A stretch of 64,000 bases of DNA from Desulfuromonadaceae bacterium (GCA_046482505.1 JAWOFA010000034.1:2791-66790); one strand, 5' to 3'. Numbered from the stretch's first letter, positions 38,507-47,512 are shown. Numbers and translations: made by a program. Notes: a model not told the origin generated them from the sequence alone.

Positions 38507-39376
38507 ATGAAAAACATACTTAACAATCAGGAAACCTCTCTAAGCTTTGAATTCTTTCCCCCCAAAACCGAACGCGGGTGGGATAATTTGCTGGATAATA
38601 TTGAAAAGCTCATGCCGCTCAAACCCTCATCGGTGAGTGTTACCTATGGCGCCGGTGGCTCTACGCGCAGTCAGACCAATCGCCTGGTGATGCGCATACA
38701 TGAGGAATGCAAGGTCCCCGTGGTGCCACATCAGACCTGTGTTGCGGCTACGCGCTCTGAAGTGCGCACCATCATGCAGCGGTATCGTGATGCCGGGGTG
38801 TATAATGTGCTGGCGCTGCGCGGTGATCCGCCCGTGGGTGAGGATGACTGGTATCCGCCTGAGGATGGGTTTAAATACGCTGTGGATCTGGTGCGTTTTA
38901 TCCGGGCGGAGTTCCCCGATACCAGCATCGGGGTGGCGGGCTTCCCCGAGGGTCATCCGCAGATGCCGAATCGCCTCCTGGAGATTGAGTATCTCAAGGA
39001 GAAGGTCGATGCGGGGGCGGATTACATTGTTACCCAGCTGTTTTTTGACAACCGTGACTTCTACGACTTTTGTGAGCGGTGCCGCCTGGCGGGAATTGAA
39101 GTTCCCATCATTGCCGGGATAATGCCGTTGCGGAATCGCAAGGGAATGGAGAAGATGGCTGAGCTAGCCGCCGGGGCGCGTTTCCCCGCAGCACTACTGC
39201 GTCAGGTTGCTGAAGCGTCTGATGATGCAGCGGTGGAGCGGATCGGGCTCGACTGGGCTACGGAACAGGTGCGCGATTTGCTTGAGCACAAAGTCAGTGG
39301 AGTCCACTTCTACACCCTTAACAGTGCAGAGCCCACCCTGGAGATCTTTGCGCGCCTGGGCTTGACCCAGCGCTGA
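38507..39376 (+). CDS. metF: methylenetetrahydrofolate reductase
   Basis: LSFEFFPPKTERG N-terminus, VTYGAGGSTR and ALRGDPP motifs. TTG 38501 is an alternative start. Confidence 0.9.
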   Translation: MKNILNNQETSLSFEFFPPKTERGWDNLLDNIEKLMPLKPSSVSVTYGAGGSTRSQTNRLVMRIHEECKVPVVPHQTCVAATRSEVRTIMQRYRDAGVYNVLALRGDPPVGEDDWYPPEDGFKYAVDLVRFIRAEFPDTSIGVAGFPEGHPQMPNRLLEIEYLKEKVDAGADYIVTQLFFDNRDFYDFCERCRLAGIEVPIIAGIMPLRNRKGMEKMAELAAGARFPAALLRQVAEASDDAAVERIGLDWATEQVRDLLEHKVSGVHFYTLNSAEPTLEIFARLGLTQR

Positions 39377-39419
39377 GCATTGCTCGCTGTTCTGGTTTGA
39401 TGTAGTTGCGGGGACATCT

Positions 39420-39935
39420 TTAGTTTGGATGTTTCTGCAGCAATTCCAGAATTCCCCGGATCAGATCGAGGGGAGTGGGAGGGCAGCCCTTGATGTAGGC
39501 ATCCACGGGGAGCACGTTGTCTACACCGCCACAACTGGCATAACTGGTGCCGAACTCTCCGCCGGTTGCGGCGCACTCCCCCATAGCCACAACCAGCTTC
39601 GGTGCCGGAGTACAGGCGTAGGTGCGTTTCAGGGCCTCCTGCATATGGCGGGATACCACCCCGGTCACCAGAAGCATATCCGCATGCCGGGGCGAGGCGA
39701 CAAAGTGGATCCCGAAGCGTTCGATATCGTAGAAACTGTTGTTGACCGCATGCATCTCCAATTCACACCCGTTACACGAGCCCGCATCCACCATGCGGAT
39801 TGCCAGACTCCCTCCGAATGTGGCGGCAATGTGACGCTGACATTCCCTGCCTAATTCGGCGATCTCCACTTCTGCTGTACTGATGGTTTCGGTCAACCGC
39901 CCGGTACGGCGGATTTTGTTTAATATGGAAAGCAT
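39420..39935 (-). CDS. NuoB/HycG-like [4Fe-4S] small subunit of Ehr-type complex
   Basis: 171 aa. The four cluster Cys are retained (GSCNGCE, GECA, GCPP). Confidence 0.85.
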   Translation of the reverse strand: MLSILNKIRRTGRLTETISTAEVEIAELGRECQRHIAATFGGSLAIRMVDAGSCNGCELEMHAVNNSFYDIERFGIHFVASPRHADMLLVTGVVSRHMQEALKRTYACTPAPKLVVAMGECAATGGEFGTSYASCGGVDNVLPVDAYIKGCPPTPLDLIRGILELLQKHPN

Positions 39936-39964
39936 ATCCTGTCATTCCTTCAGGTTGGACGTTT

Positions 39965-41590
39965 TTAAAGATCGTGACCGGAGTACGAACCGTTAACCGA
40001 TTTGTTACACACCGGGAAGTCGGGGATAATGTTCCCGTGGATCAGCCCCTCCAAAGCAGGCCAGTTGAGCCAGCTCGGATCGCGCGGGAAGTAACGTTCC
40101 ACATTACCCTCTGCATTGAGATGCACATACGCCACGGTTTCTCCGCGCCATCCTTCCACCAGCCCGACCCCGGCGCTATCTCGATACGCAGGTTTTTTGT
40201 CTGCCACAGCAGCCCCGTTCGGCAAGGTGTTAAGCAGGGTGGTTATCAGATCTGTGGCGATCAGGATTTCATCTCCACGCACCCGGGTGCGCTTTGCCAC
40301 ATCCCCCTCCGAATACACCGGCACTTTGACATCCAGTTCCTGATACGGAGGATAGGGAGCATCGCGGCGCAGATCATAGTCGATATTGCTGGCGCGTCCC
40401 ACATATCCCAGGGCTCCGAGACGGGCAGCCGTTTTGTGGGGCAGAATACCGGTGGTACGCAAACGATCCTGCAGGGAAGGATATTCGAGAATCATAGGCA
40501 TCAATTCCGCCACTTCGGTGCGCAACATCTCCTGCTCCTTCAGCATTGCGGCGATTCCATCCGCATCCAGATCGCAGCTTACTCCCCCCATTGCAATACA
40601 GTCCATCAGGAGACGATGGCCGAATAATTCCATATTCAAACGCTGGATACGTTCGCGCAGGGTACTGAACTGCACCATAGCGAAGGAAAAGCCCACATCA
40701 TTGCAGATTGCCCCGATGTCACCGCAGTGATTGGCTATCCGTTCGCGCTCTGCGAGTATCGCACGTAAGGCGAGGGCCCGCGGGGGAACTTCGACCTCCA
40801 GGGCATGCTCCACTGACTGCGCCGCCGCCCAGCTGTGGGCGATACAGCTGTCACCACTCACGCGTGCCGCGAGGCGGAGTAAGCCGGGGATATCGCGTCC
40901 CTCCGCAATCTTTTCAATCCCTTTATGCACATAGCCCAAATGGCCTTCGAGACGCAGCATATCTTCGCCAATGGTGTGAAAGCGAAAATGCCCCGGTTCG
41001 ATGATCCCCGCATGTACCGGCCCCACAGGAACCTCGTGAAGATCTTCCCCCTCCATCTTTACAAATGGATAGGTGTGGTCGGTGGGGGTGTCGGGGGCAG
41101 GATTGCCGGCTAAGGGGAATTCCTTCCGCAGCGGGAACACACCTGCACTCCACGCCTGATGCCGGGTCCAGCGGCGCGGATCGGGGTGCTCACTGAAGTG
41201 AATGCCTAACATATCCTGCACATGGCGTTCGGGACGGTCAGCATTGGGATACACCCCTGTCATGGAAGGGAGTTCTGGGTGCGTAGGCGGTATCTGAGTG
41301 GTCAGTAGAAGATGCCCCCTTTCGCCCCCCCACAGTGCCATCACCCATATTTTGTCACTGCGCTCCTCTGCCCACAGCGCACTCCAGCGCAGGTGGGAGT
41401 ATTTGCATACCGCAGCGGCATCGCTCCAGCACGGAGCATCAATGTTTACCACTACACACGCGCCCACAGGAACGCCATTGGGAGTGGAGGTGGTTAACGC
41501 AGCGGCATGCAGATGTTCTACACATTGATTTACATTGGAGTTTGTCTCCCGGATTTGTTGTAGGTAAGATGGTCTGTTGGAGTCGGGCAT
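39965..41590 (-). CDS. fused NuoC-NuoD / HycE-HyfG-like large subunit lacking all [NiFe] Cys ligands (EhrL-like)
   Basis: ORF extends to 41707; start chosen at ATG 41590 (ATGA overlap with the upstream gene). GPVHAGIIEPGHFRF is conserved. The L1 motif reads RVSGDSCIAH instead of RxCGxCxxxH. The C-terminus reads NGSYSGHDL instead of DPCxxCxxR. Confidence 0.85.
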   Translation of the reverse strand: MPDSNRPSYLQQIRETNSNVNQCVEHLHAAALTTSTPNGVPVGACVVVNIDAPCWSDAAAVCKYSHLRWSALWAEERSDKIWVMALWGGERGHLLLTTQIPPTHPELPSMTGVYPNADRPERHVQDMLGIHFSEHPDPRRWTRHQAWSAGVFPLRKEFPLAGNPAPDTPTDHTYPFVKMEGEDLHEVPVGPVHAGIIEPGHFRFHTIGEDMLRLEGHLGYVHKGIEKIAEGRDIPGLLRLAARVSGDSCIAHSWAAAQSVEHALEVEVPPRALALRAILAERERIANHCGDIGAICNDVGFSFAMVQFSTLRERIQRLNMELFGHRLLMDCIAMGGVSCDLDADGIAAMLKEQEMLRTEVAELMPMILEYPSLQDRLRTTGILPHKTAARLGALGYVGRASNIDYDLRRDAPYPPYQELDVKVPVYSEGDVAKRTRVRGDEILIATDLITTLLNTLPNGAAVADKKPAYRDSAGVGLVEGWRGETVAYVHLNAEGNVERYFPRDPSWLNWPALEGLIHGNIIPDFPVCNKSVNGSYSGHDL

Positions 41591-43080
41591 CAAAGTACCC
41601 CCTTTCCGCTGATCATAATCGTGGCCTGATCGATCCACCCTGCGAGGACATCGGGTACGGCAATCCCCAGCCACAGAATGATGCACAGATGCAGGGCCAC
41701 TGGCCACATGTTGGCTTTAATTCTTATCTGCCCCTTAGGACACGTACCAAACACCATGGGTTGAACATGGCGAAACAGACCAGCAAAGGCGATACTCAGA
41801 CCCACAAGCAGGGTGATAACGAGCCAGGGATAACTTTTAATCGTGGCACTGAAGAGAAGAAATTCACTGGTAAACACCCCGAACGGGGGGAGGCCGGCGA
41901 TGGCTACAGTGCCGATAAGCAGCCCCCAACCGACCTCTGGCTGAGTCTTTATAAGGCCGCGGATCTGATCAATAGATTGGGTTTTACATACCTGCGCGGC
42001 GTGTCCCACAGTGACAAAAATAGCCGATTTGGTCAGGGAGTGGACGATCATGTGCAGCAGGGCACCGAATGTAGCCAATGACCCGCCAATCCCGAAGGCA
42101 AAGGTGATCAAGCCCATGTGCTCGATGGATGAGTAGCTGAACATCCGCTTGATATCGCGCTGGCGGTGCAGAAGCAACCCCGCCACCAGAAACGAGAGGA
42201 GGCCAAACCCCATCATGATATGACCGGCAATGTTGGTGCCCAGCGCCGGATCAATGAGCATTTTGAAGCGCACCACCGCATACAGGGCGATGTTGAGCAA
42301 CAGGCCGGATAAAATGGCTGACATGGGTGTCGGGCCTTCACTATGCGCATCCGGGAGCCAGTTGTGCAGGGGCACCAGACCGATCTTGGTCCCGTAGCCC
42401 ACAATCAGGAATACAAAAGCGAGCAACAGCACGGTCGGTTCCAGCTCGGCGGCATGCGCATAGAGGACACTCCACATCAGCGCCTGACTTGAGTCGGGTA
42501 TGATCTGTACCGCAGCAAAGTAGATCAGGGTGGTGCCGAACAGTGCCTGCGCAATTCCGACGCCGCAGATGAGAAAGTACTTCCACCCAGCCTCAATTGA
42601 TTCCGGAGTGCGGTACAGGCTTACCAGCAATACCGTGGCCAGGGTGGCACCTTCCACCGCAACCTACAAAATACCCAGATTGTTGGTCATGAGGGCAAGG
42701 AGCATAGTGAACAGGAATCCCTGGTACATACTGTGATACAGGCGCATCCCCCCTGCTTTTACGCGCCCGATCTCCTGTTCATGCGCCATATAGGGGCCGG
42801 AAAACACCGCCGTAGTCATCCCTACAAAGGAGTTGAGGAGCACCAGATATACATTGAATGCGTCCACGTAGAAGAAGTTGGACGGGGTAATGATGGAGCC
42901 GGAATAAAATACCTCTACCGCCAGTTTGAATGAGGTGACAAAAGTAGCGATACAGATGAGTAGATTGAGTTTGCCCGCGAGGCGAAGATGGCCGCAGAAT
43001 GCCAGGATAGCGGCGCCTCCCAGCGGAAGGAGCAGGGTGAGATACAAGGCTGAATATGTGGAGAACATGAGATTCTGCAT
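41590..43080 (-). pseudogene. NuoN/HyfF-type antiporter-like subunit (EhrD-like) interrupted by one in-frame TAG
   Basis: Two same-frame ORFs, 42664-43080 (138 aa, ends ...MTNNLGIL-TAG) and 41590-42657 (355 aa). Reading through gives NNLGIL*VAVEGATLATVLL. The stop sits where HyfF/NuoN-type proteins have a conserved Trp (TGG). Confidence 0.7.
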
Positions 43081-43754
43081 CAGTCCACCTCTTTCAGGCG
43101 GTTGAGTTTATCTACATCGAGGGAGCCGAATTCGGTGCGAATCTGGAAAAAGAAGATCCCAAATAAAATAGCTGCCACCAGTACATCCAGCGCCACCCCC
43201 ATCTCTACCACCATGGGCATCCCATGGGTTGCGGCCACCGCAGCAAACATCAGACCGTTTTCCATGCACATGAATCCCACTACCTGCACTATCGCCTTGC
43301 GACGTGAAATGATCAGGAGCATCCCCAACAATATGATTGCCAGGGAGATGGCAATGGTGTTGCGCGTTGCGAGCATGGAGAGTTCGCGGATGGGAAGAAC
43401 CGTGTAGTAACTGAACAGCACCAGCGCCGCACCCCCGAGCATGATCAGCGTCGGGTTGCCCACTACCTCGACCTCGCGTTTGATATCCAGATGCGTCACC
43501 AGCTTTTGGAGTTGAATGGGGATGAAAAACACCTTCAGTCCCAGGGTGAGTGCGGCTGAGATGAGGAGGTGGTGACGCCCGTAGGTAAACGCAATGACCA
43601 GAGTAGTAGCGAATAGCAATCCGCCCTGAAGGGCAAATATGTGAATCAGGGTGAGCAAACGTGTCTGCGCCAGCAGCAGGAATGAGGTGAACAACATCAG
43701 TGCCGCCAGGGTCAGGATTAACTGCTCAGCCAGAGTAAATACGCTGATATCCAT
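43080..43754 (-). CDS. HyfE-like small membrane subunit (EhrC-like)
   Basis: 224 aa, about 7 TM helices and no cofactor motifs. ATGA overlaps at both ends with neighbouring subunits. Confidence 0.72.
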   Translation of the reverse strand: MDISVFTLAEQLILTLAALMLFTSFLLLAQTRLLTLIHIFALQGGLLFATTLVIAFTYGRHHLLISAALTLGLKVFFIPIQLQKLVTHLDIKREVEVVGNPTLIMLGGAALVLFSYYTVLPIRELSMLATRNTIAISLAIILLGMLLIISRRKAIVQVVGFMCMENGLMFAAVAATHGMPMVVEMGVALDVLVAAILFGIFFFQIRTEFGSLDVDKLNRLKEVD

Positions 43755-44698
43755 CAGTACACCTCCAGAACCACATGGCTGAGCATGCCGAGGAGAGAGA
43801 GAATAAACGCCAGACTTAAGAATTCCGGGGCACGGAAGAGGCGCATCTTAGCCAGCACCGATTCCGCCAATGCCAGAACCGCTCCAATAAGCATAAGCTT
43901 TGCCAGCATGCTCAGGGTGCCGATGGCGAGCGGGAGAACTCCCTGGTTCAAGGCGATCCCCCAGGGGATAAACAGATTGGTAATCAGGACGCCGAATATC
44001 AGCATCTTGAGCATGGATGCCCACTCCAGCAGGGCGAGATGACGCCCACTGTACTCAAGGATCATCGCTTCATGCACCATGGTCAATTCCAGGTGAGTAG
44101 CTGGATTGTCGATGGGGATGCGCCCGCATTCCGCCGTAGCCACGAGCAACAGACTCAAACCGGAAAAGATAAACGATGGATGAATCTGGAACGGCTGGGT
44201 CAGGGAGAAATGCACCATCGTATCCAGGTTGGTGCTGGCGAAGGTCATGGAGAGGGTGAAAATGGAGAGCAGCATCGCTGGCTCCGCCAGGGACGAAATG
44301 GTGACCTCGCGCGATGCTCCCATGCCGCCAAAAGCAGTGCCGATGTCCATCCCTGCGAGGCTGAGAAAGAAACGCCCGAGGGCAAAGAACCCCACCAGCA
44401 CAATGACATCCGCAATTGCCGCCGTGGGCAGACCGATGGCAAAAGCGGGTACCACCGAACACGCCAACACGGTAACGCTGAACACCAGATAGGGGGTGGC
44501 GCGAAACAGCGGGGAGGCATGGTGAGCCAGCACCACCTCTTTGCGCATCAGTTTCGCCAGGTCGCGGTAGGGTTGCCACGGAGCCGGACCACGGCGGCAT
44601 TGCAACTTGCACTTTACCCATTTAACCCACCCGCTCAACAGGGGGGCAAGAAGCAACAGTAAAAAGGTTTGCACAAAAGCGAGAATCCAGGCATTCAT
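43754..44698 (-). CDS. NuoH/HycD-like membrane subunit (EhrB-like)
   Basis: ORF extends to 44710; ATG 44698 gives an ATGA overlap with the upstream stop. RRGPAPWQPYRDLAKL loop and EAMILEYSG strings typical of NuoH/HycD. Confidence 0.85.
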   Translation of the reverse strand: MNAWILAFVQTFLLLLLAPLLSGWVKWVKCKLQCRRGPAPWQPYRDLAKLMRKEVVLAHHASPLFRATPYLVFSVTVLACSVVPAFAIGLPTAAIADVIVLVGFFALGRFFLSLAGMDIGTAFGGMGASREVTISSLAEPAMLLSIFTLSMTFASTNLDTMVHFSLTQPFQIHPSFIFSGLSLLLVATAECGRIPIDNPATHLELTMVHEAMILEYSGRHLALLEWASMLKMLIFGVLITNLFIPWGIALNQGVLPLAIGTLSMLAKLMLIGAVLALAESVLAKMRLFRAPEFLSLAFILSLLGMLSHVVLEVY

Positions 44699-46713
44699 GA
44701 CACAATCCACAGCATTACAATGAGGGTAAAAAAGGAATACGCCAGATAGGTGCGGATATTGCCGCCCTGCAGGCGGGCAACTATTCTGGCGCTGCGCTGG
44801 ATTAAGTGCCCAAGAGGCAGATAGAGTTTATCCCAGGCCCAGTCGCCGATGTGGATGCTGTAACGTCCTCCGTTCGTTGCTCCCGATGGGGGGGAGACCT
44901 TCTCCTCTATGGGCCAGACCGGGCGGAATATGCGGCGGATCGGCTGAGAAAAACTGGAGGCGGTATATTGGGTGCGTGCTTCGAGGGGGCCAAAGCCGCA
45001 GTCCCATGCAGGGCTGAAGCGCACCGGGGTCTGGCGTCGGCGGGGATGGAGCAAAACATATGCTCCGAGCCACGCAATACATATCCCGAACAGCACCATG
45101 GGGGCGCCGTACGAAGATGCGCGCGCGGAAACCGGGGTGAGCCACACCCAGGAATTCGTTTCAATAGAACTCAGCCCACTTCCGAGCCCACTTCCGAGTA
45201 GTGCAGTTGGTATCGCCTGCATGCTGTTGATCACCGGAGCGGGGAATATCCCCAGAAGAAGACAACTCAGGGCGAGAATAATCTGGCTTGTTTTCATCCC
45301 GGCAGAGACTTCATGGGCACGCAGCATATCCTCGGTGCGCGCCTGGCCCAAAAATGCAATCCCGTACACCTTTACAAAACACGCTGCTGCGAGCGCCCCG
45401 GTCAAGGCGAGCGCGGCGGCGGCTACCGCTACCATGGACTTTATCACCCCGCTTTCAAGTGCAGTTCCCTGCAGAGCGGTTTGAAACGTGAGCCATTCAG
45501 AGACAAAGCCGTTGAAGGGTGGAAGGGCAGAAATACTGATACATCCCACCAGAAAACATACCCCGGTAACAGGCATAAGGCGCAGAAGCCCGCCCATGTG
45601 ATTCAGGTCATGACGCCCGCTCTGCTGGATAACTGCGCCAGCCCCGAGGAATAGCAGACTTTTAAACAGTGCATGGTTCATACAGTGATACAGCGCGGCG
45701 ATGAGACCGAGTGCAGCGAGTGCGGGTATGTCGTTACTCGCAAACAGAAACGAGAGCCCGAGTCCCATATAGATGATGCCGATATTCTCGACACTGTGAT
45801 AGGCCAGAAGGCGTTTGAGGTCGTGTTGCATCAAGGCATACAGCACCCCCAGCAACGCTGATGCGCACCCGGCAAGAAGCACAATCACACCCCACTGCCA
45901 GTGAATTGTTCCGAGCAGGTCATAACAGAAACGGATGAACCCATACACAGCGACCTTAAGCATTACTCCCGACATCAGGGCGGAGATATGCGAGGGCGCC
46001 GCCGGATGTGCCTGGGGTAGCCACACATGGAGAGGAACGATTCCCGCCTTCATTCCAAAGCCGATAAAAGCAAGTCCGAAGGCGATATGTTCCCAATAGG
46101 GTGCAAGGGAGGCATTTTGCATGGCGCTGAAGGTGAAGCCATCTCCAGATCCCGCAAGCACCCCGAAACCGAGGAGGATGAAGAGTCCACCAGCCTGTGC
46201 CATGAGCAGGTAGATGAAAGCGGCCTGAGTGTTTTTCTCCTGGGAGTGATCGTGGACTACGAGGAAATAACTCGCTACAGACATCAATTCCCATGCGACC
46301 ATAAACGAAAACGCGTCAGCGGCCAGGATAACCAGGTACATCCCCGCAATAAACAAGCCGGTGAATACGGCAAGGGTTCGCGCAGAAGCTGTATCAGCGC
46401 CGCTGCAGATTACATAGTTTGGCCCGAACAGCGATACAATCGCACTTACCCCGCCCACCAATAAGAGGAAGAATCCGGCCAGCGGATCAAGATGCTGGTG
46501 GCTGTGGAGCCACGGTAAGCCAATGGGGAGAACTGCACTCACATCCGAGTTGGCGACCATAACCATTGCGCCCGCACAAGCGCACATAATGCCTGATACC
46601 CCCAGCAAGGCAAATGTAAGACGCACCCCGGTGTTGATGCTGCGTACCGGTAGTGGAGCTACTGCAGCGAGCAAAGCAACGATGACGCCAAAGTGGGCTA
46701 AGTGTAGATACAT
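44695..46713 (-). CDS. NuoL/HyfB/HycC-like antiporter-like membrane subunit (EhrA-like)
   Basis: 672 aa, polytopic. VAWELMSVASYFLV, LPQAHPAAPSHISALMSG and LAYHSVENIG motifs of the Mrp/NuoL family. Confidence 0.85.
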   Translation of the reverse strand: MYLHLAHFGVIVALLAAVAPLPVRSINTGVRLTFALLGVSGIMCACAGAMVMVANSDVSAVLPIGLPWLHSHQHLDPLAGFFLLLVGGVSAIVSLFGPNYVICSGADTASARTLAVFTGLFIAGMYLVILAADAFSFMVAWELMSVASYFLVVHDHSQEKNTQAAFIYLLMAQAGGLFILLGFGVLAGSGDGFTFSAMQNASLAPYWEHIAFGLAFIGFGMKAGIVPLHVWLPQAHPAAPSHISALMSGVMLKVAVYGFIRFCYDLLGTIHWQWGVIVLLAGCASALLGVLYALMQHDLKRLLAYHSVENIGIIYMGLGLSFLFASNDIPALAALGLIAALYHCMNHALFKSLLFLGAGAVIQQSGRHDLNHMGGLLRLMPVTGVCFLVGCISISALPPFNGFVSEWLTFQTALQGTALESGVIKSMVAVAAAALALTGALAAACFVKVYGIAFLGQARTEDMLRAHEVSAGMKTSQIILALSCLLLGIFPAPVINSMQAIPTALLGSGLGSGLSSIETNSWVWLTPVSARASSYGAPMVLFGICIAWLGAYVLLHPRRRQTPVRFSPAWDCGFGPLEARTQYTASSFSQPIRRIFRPVWPIEEKVSPPSGATNGGRYSIHIGDWAWDKLYLPLGHLIQRSARIVARLQGGNIRTYLAYSFFTLIVMLWIVS

Positions 46714-46757
46714 GGGGCAATCCTGCCGTAGGGGGATGATGCGTTTATTCCATATTT

Positions 46758-47438
46758 TTATGCGTTGTTGATGCGATTCTCCGCATCCTGTATGGCGGCA
46801 AAAACCTCATCGCGTCCCGGTTGCGTGGCCAGAAGCTGCCTTAAGGCAGCATCGCGCAGAATGTACTGAAGTACAGAGAGCAGATGTAGCTGGAGCCGTA
46901 AAGAGGGTGACACCACAATAATCAGAGTATGAACCGGTTTGCTGTCCAGCGCTCCATACTCAACCGGATGTTCCAGAAAGCAGATATTCACTTTGGCACG
47001 GGTGAGATGGTCCAGAACCGCATTGCGTGGGTGGGGCAGGGCAATTCCGTCCCCGATGCCGGTTGATGCAAGCTCCTCGCGGATAATCAGCACCTTTTTC
47101 AACATCTCCAGATCAACTTCATCCGGCAGGCGTAAGTGACTTACCGCGTCAGCGATGACCTCATCTCTGGAGTTTCCGGCAACCCGGTACACGATGCCGC
47201 CGGCGTTGAGAGCATCGGCAAGTTTGGGCAGCGGTTCCTTTTCCCGTCCACATAACTCAAACGGTTCTTCAATCACATGGCGCCGTTTTGATGTGGCCCA
47301 GTCGAGCAGTTCTGCTCGTTTAAATCTGTAACTTCCGTGTACCTTATAGGTAGGGACCAGATTGCGTTTGATCCAGCGGTAGACAGTTTTTTCGGATACG
47401 GACAACAGCCTCGCGGTCTCTTTTACGTTTACGTACAT
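46758..47438 (-). CDS. excisionase-type HTH + PTS EIIA(type 2/Ntr-like) fusion regulator
   Basis: 226 aa. N-terminal VKETARLLSVSEKTVYRWIKRNLVPTYKVHGSYRFKRAELLDWA (Xis/MerR-type HTH). C-terminal EIIA-2 domain with phosphorylatable His in GIGDGIALPHPR. It lies 44 nt upstream of the first Ehr gene on the same strand. Confidence 0.8.
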   Translation of the reverse strand: MYVNVKETARLLSVSEKTVYRWIKRNLVPTYKVHGSYRFKRAELLDWATSKRRHVIEEPFELCGREKEPLPKLADALNAGGIVYRVAGNSRDEVIADAVSHLRLPDEVDLEMLKKVLIIREELASTGIGDGIALPHPRNAVLDHLTRAKVNICFLEHPVEYGALDSKPVHTLIIVVSPSLRLQLHLLSVLQYILRDAALRQLLATQPGRDEVFAAIQDAENRINNA

Positions 47439-47450
47439 ATATCTCCTCTT

Positions 47451-47466
47451 TTGTCAAATTTGACAA
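47451..47466. promoter_or_regulatory. perfect 16-bp palindrome TTGTCAAATTTGACAA (candidate operator)
   Basis: Read directly from the sequence. It lies 12 nt upstream of the regulator start codon, abutting its AAGAGGAG RBS. A third TTGACA half-site is at 47471-47476. Confidence 0.5.
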
Positions 47467-47512
47467 TCAATTGACATATGTATACTTTAGTTACATCAGG
47501 GTATGTAAGTCA

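Noticed and set aside
41591-41707. N-terminal 39-aa extension of the large-subunit ORF (and similar extensions at 3792, 19902, 27943, 28915, 36798-37271)
   Set aside because: The extensions overlap the upstream gene or lack homology-like sequence. Internal ATGs give canonical N-termini, RBSs or ATGA coupling.
42664-42666. TAG decoded as pyrrolysine
   Set aside because: There are no pyl genes in the window. The position corresponds to a conserved Trp, so a TGG to TAG substitution is more parsimonious. This cannot be excluded without the whole genome.
44039-44662. 207-aa plus-strand ORF opposite the NuoH-like gene
   Set aside because: It is antisense to a polytopic membrane gene. The translation is Gly/His/Arg/Gln-rich without any motif.
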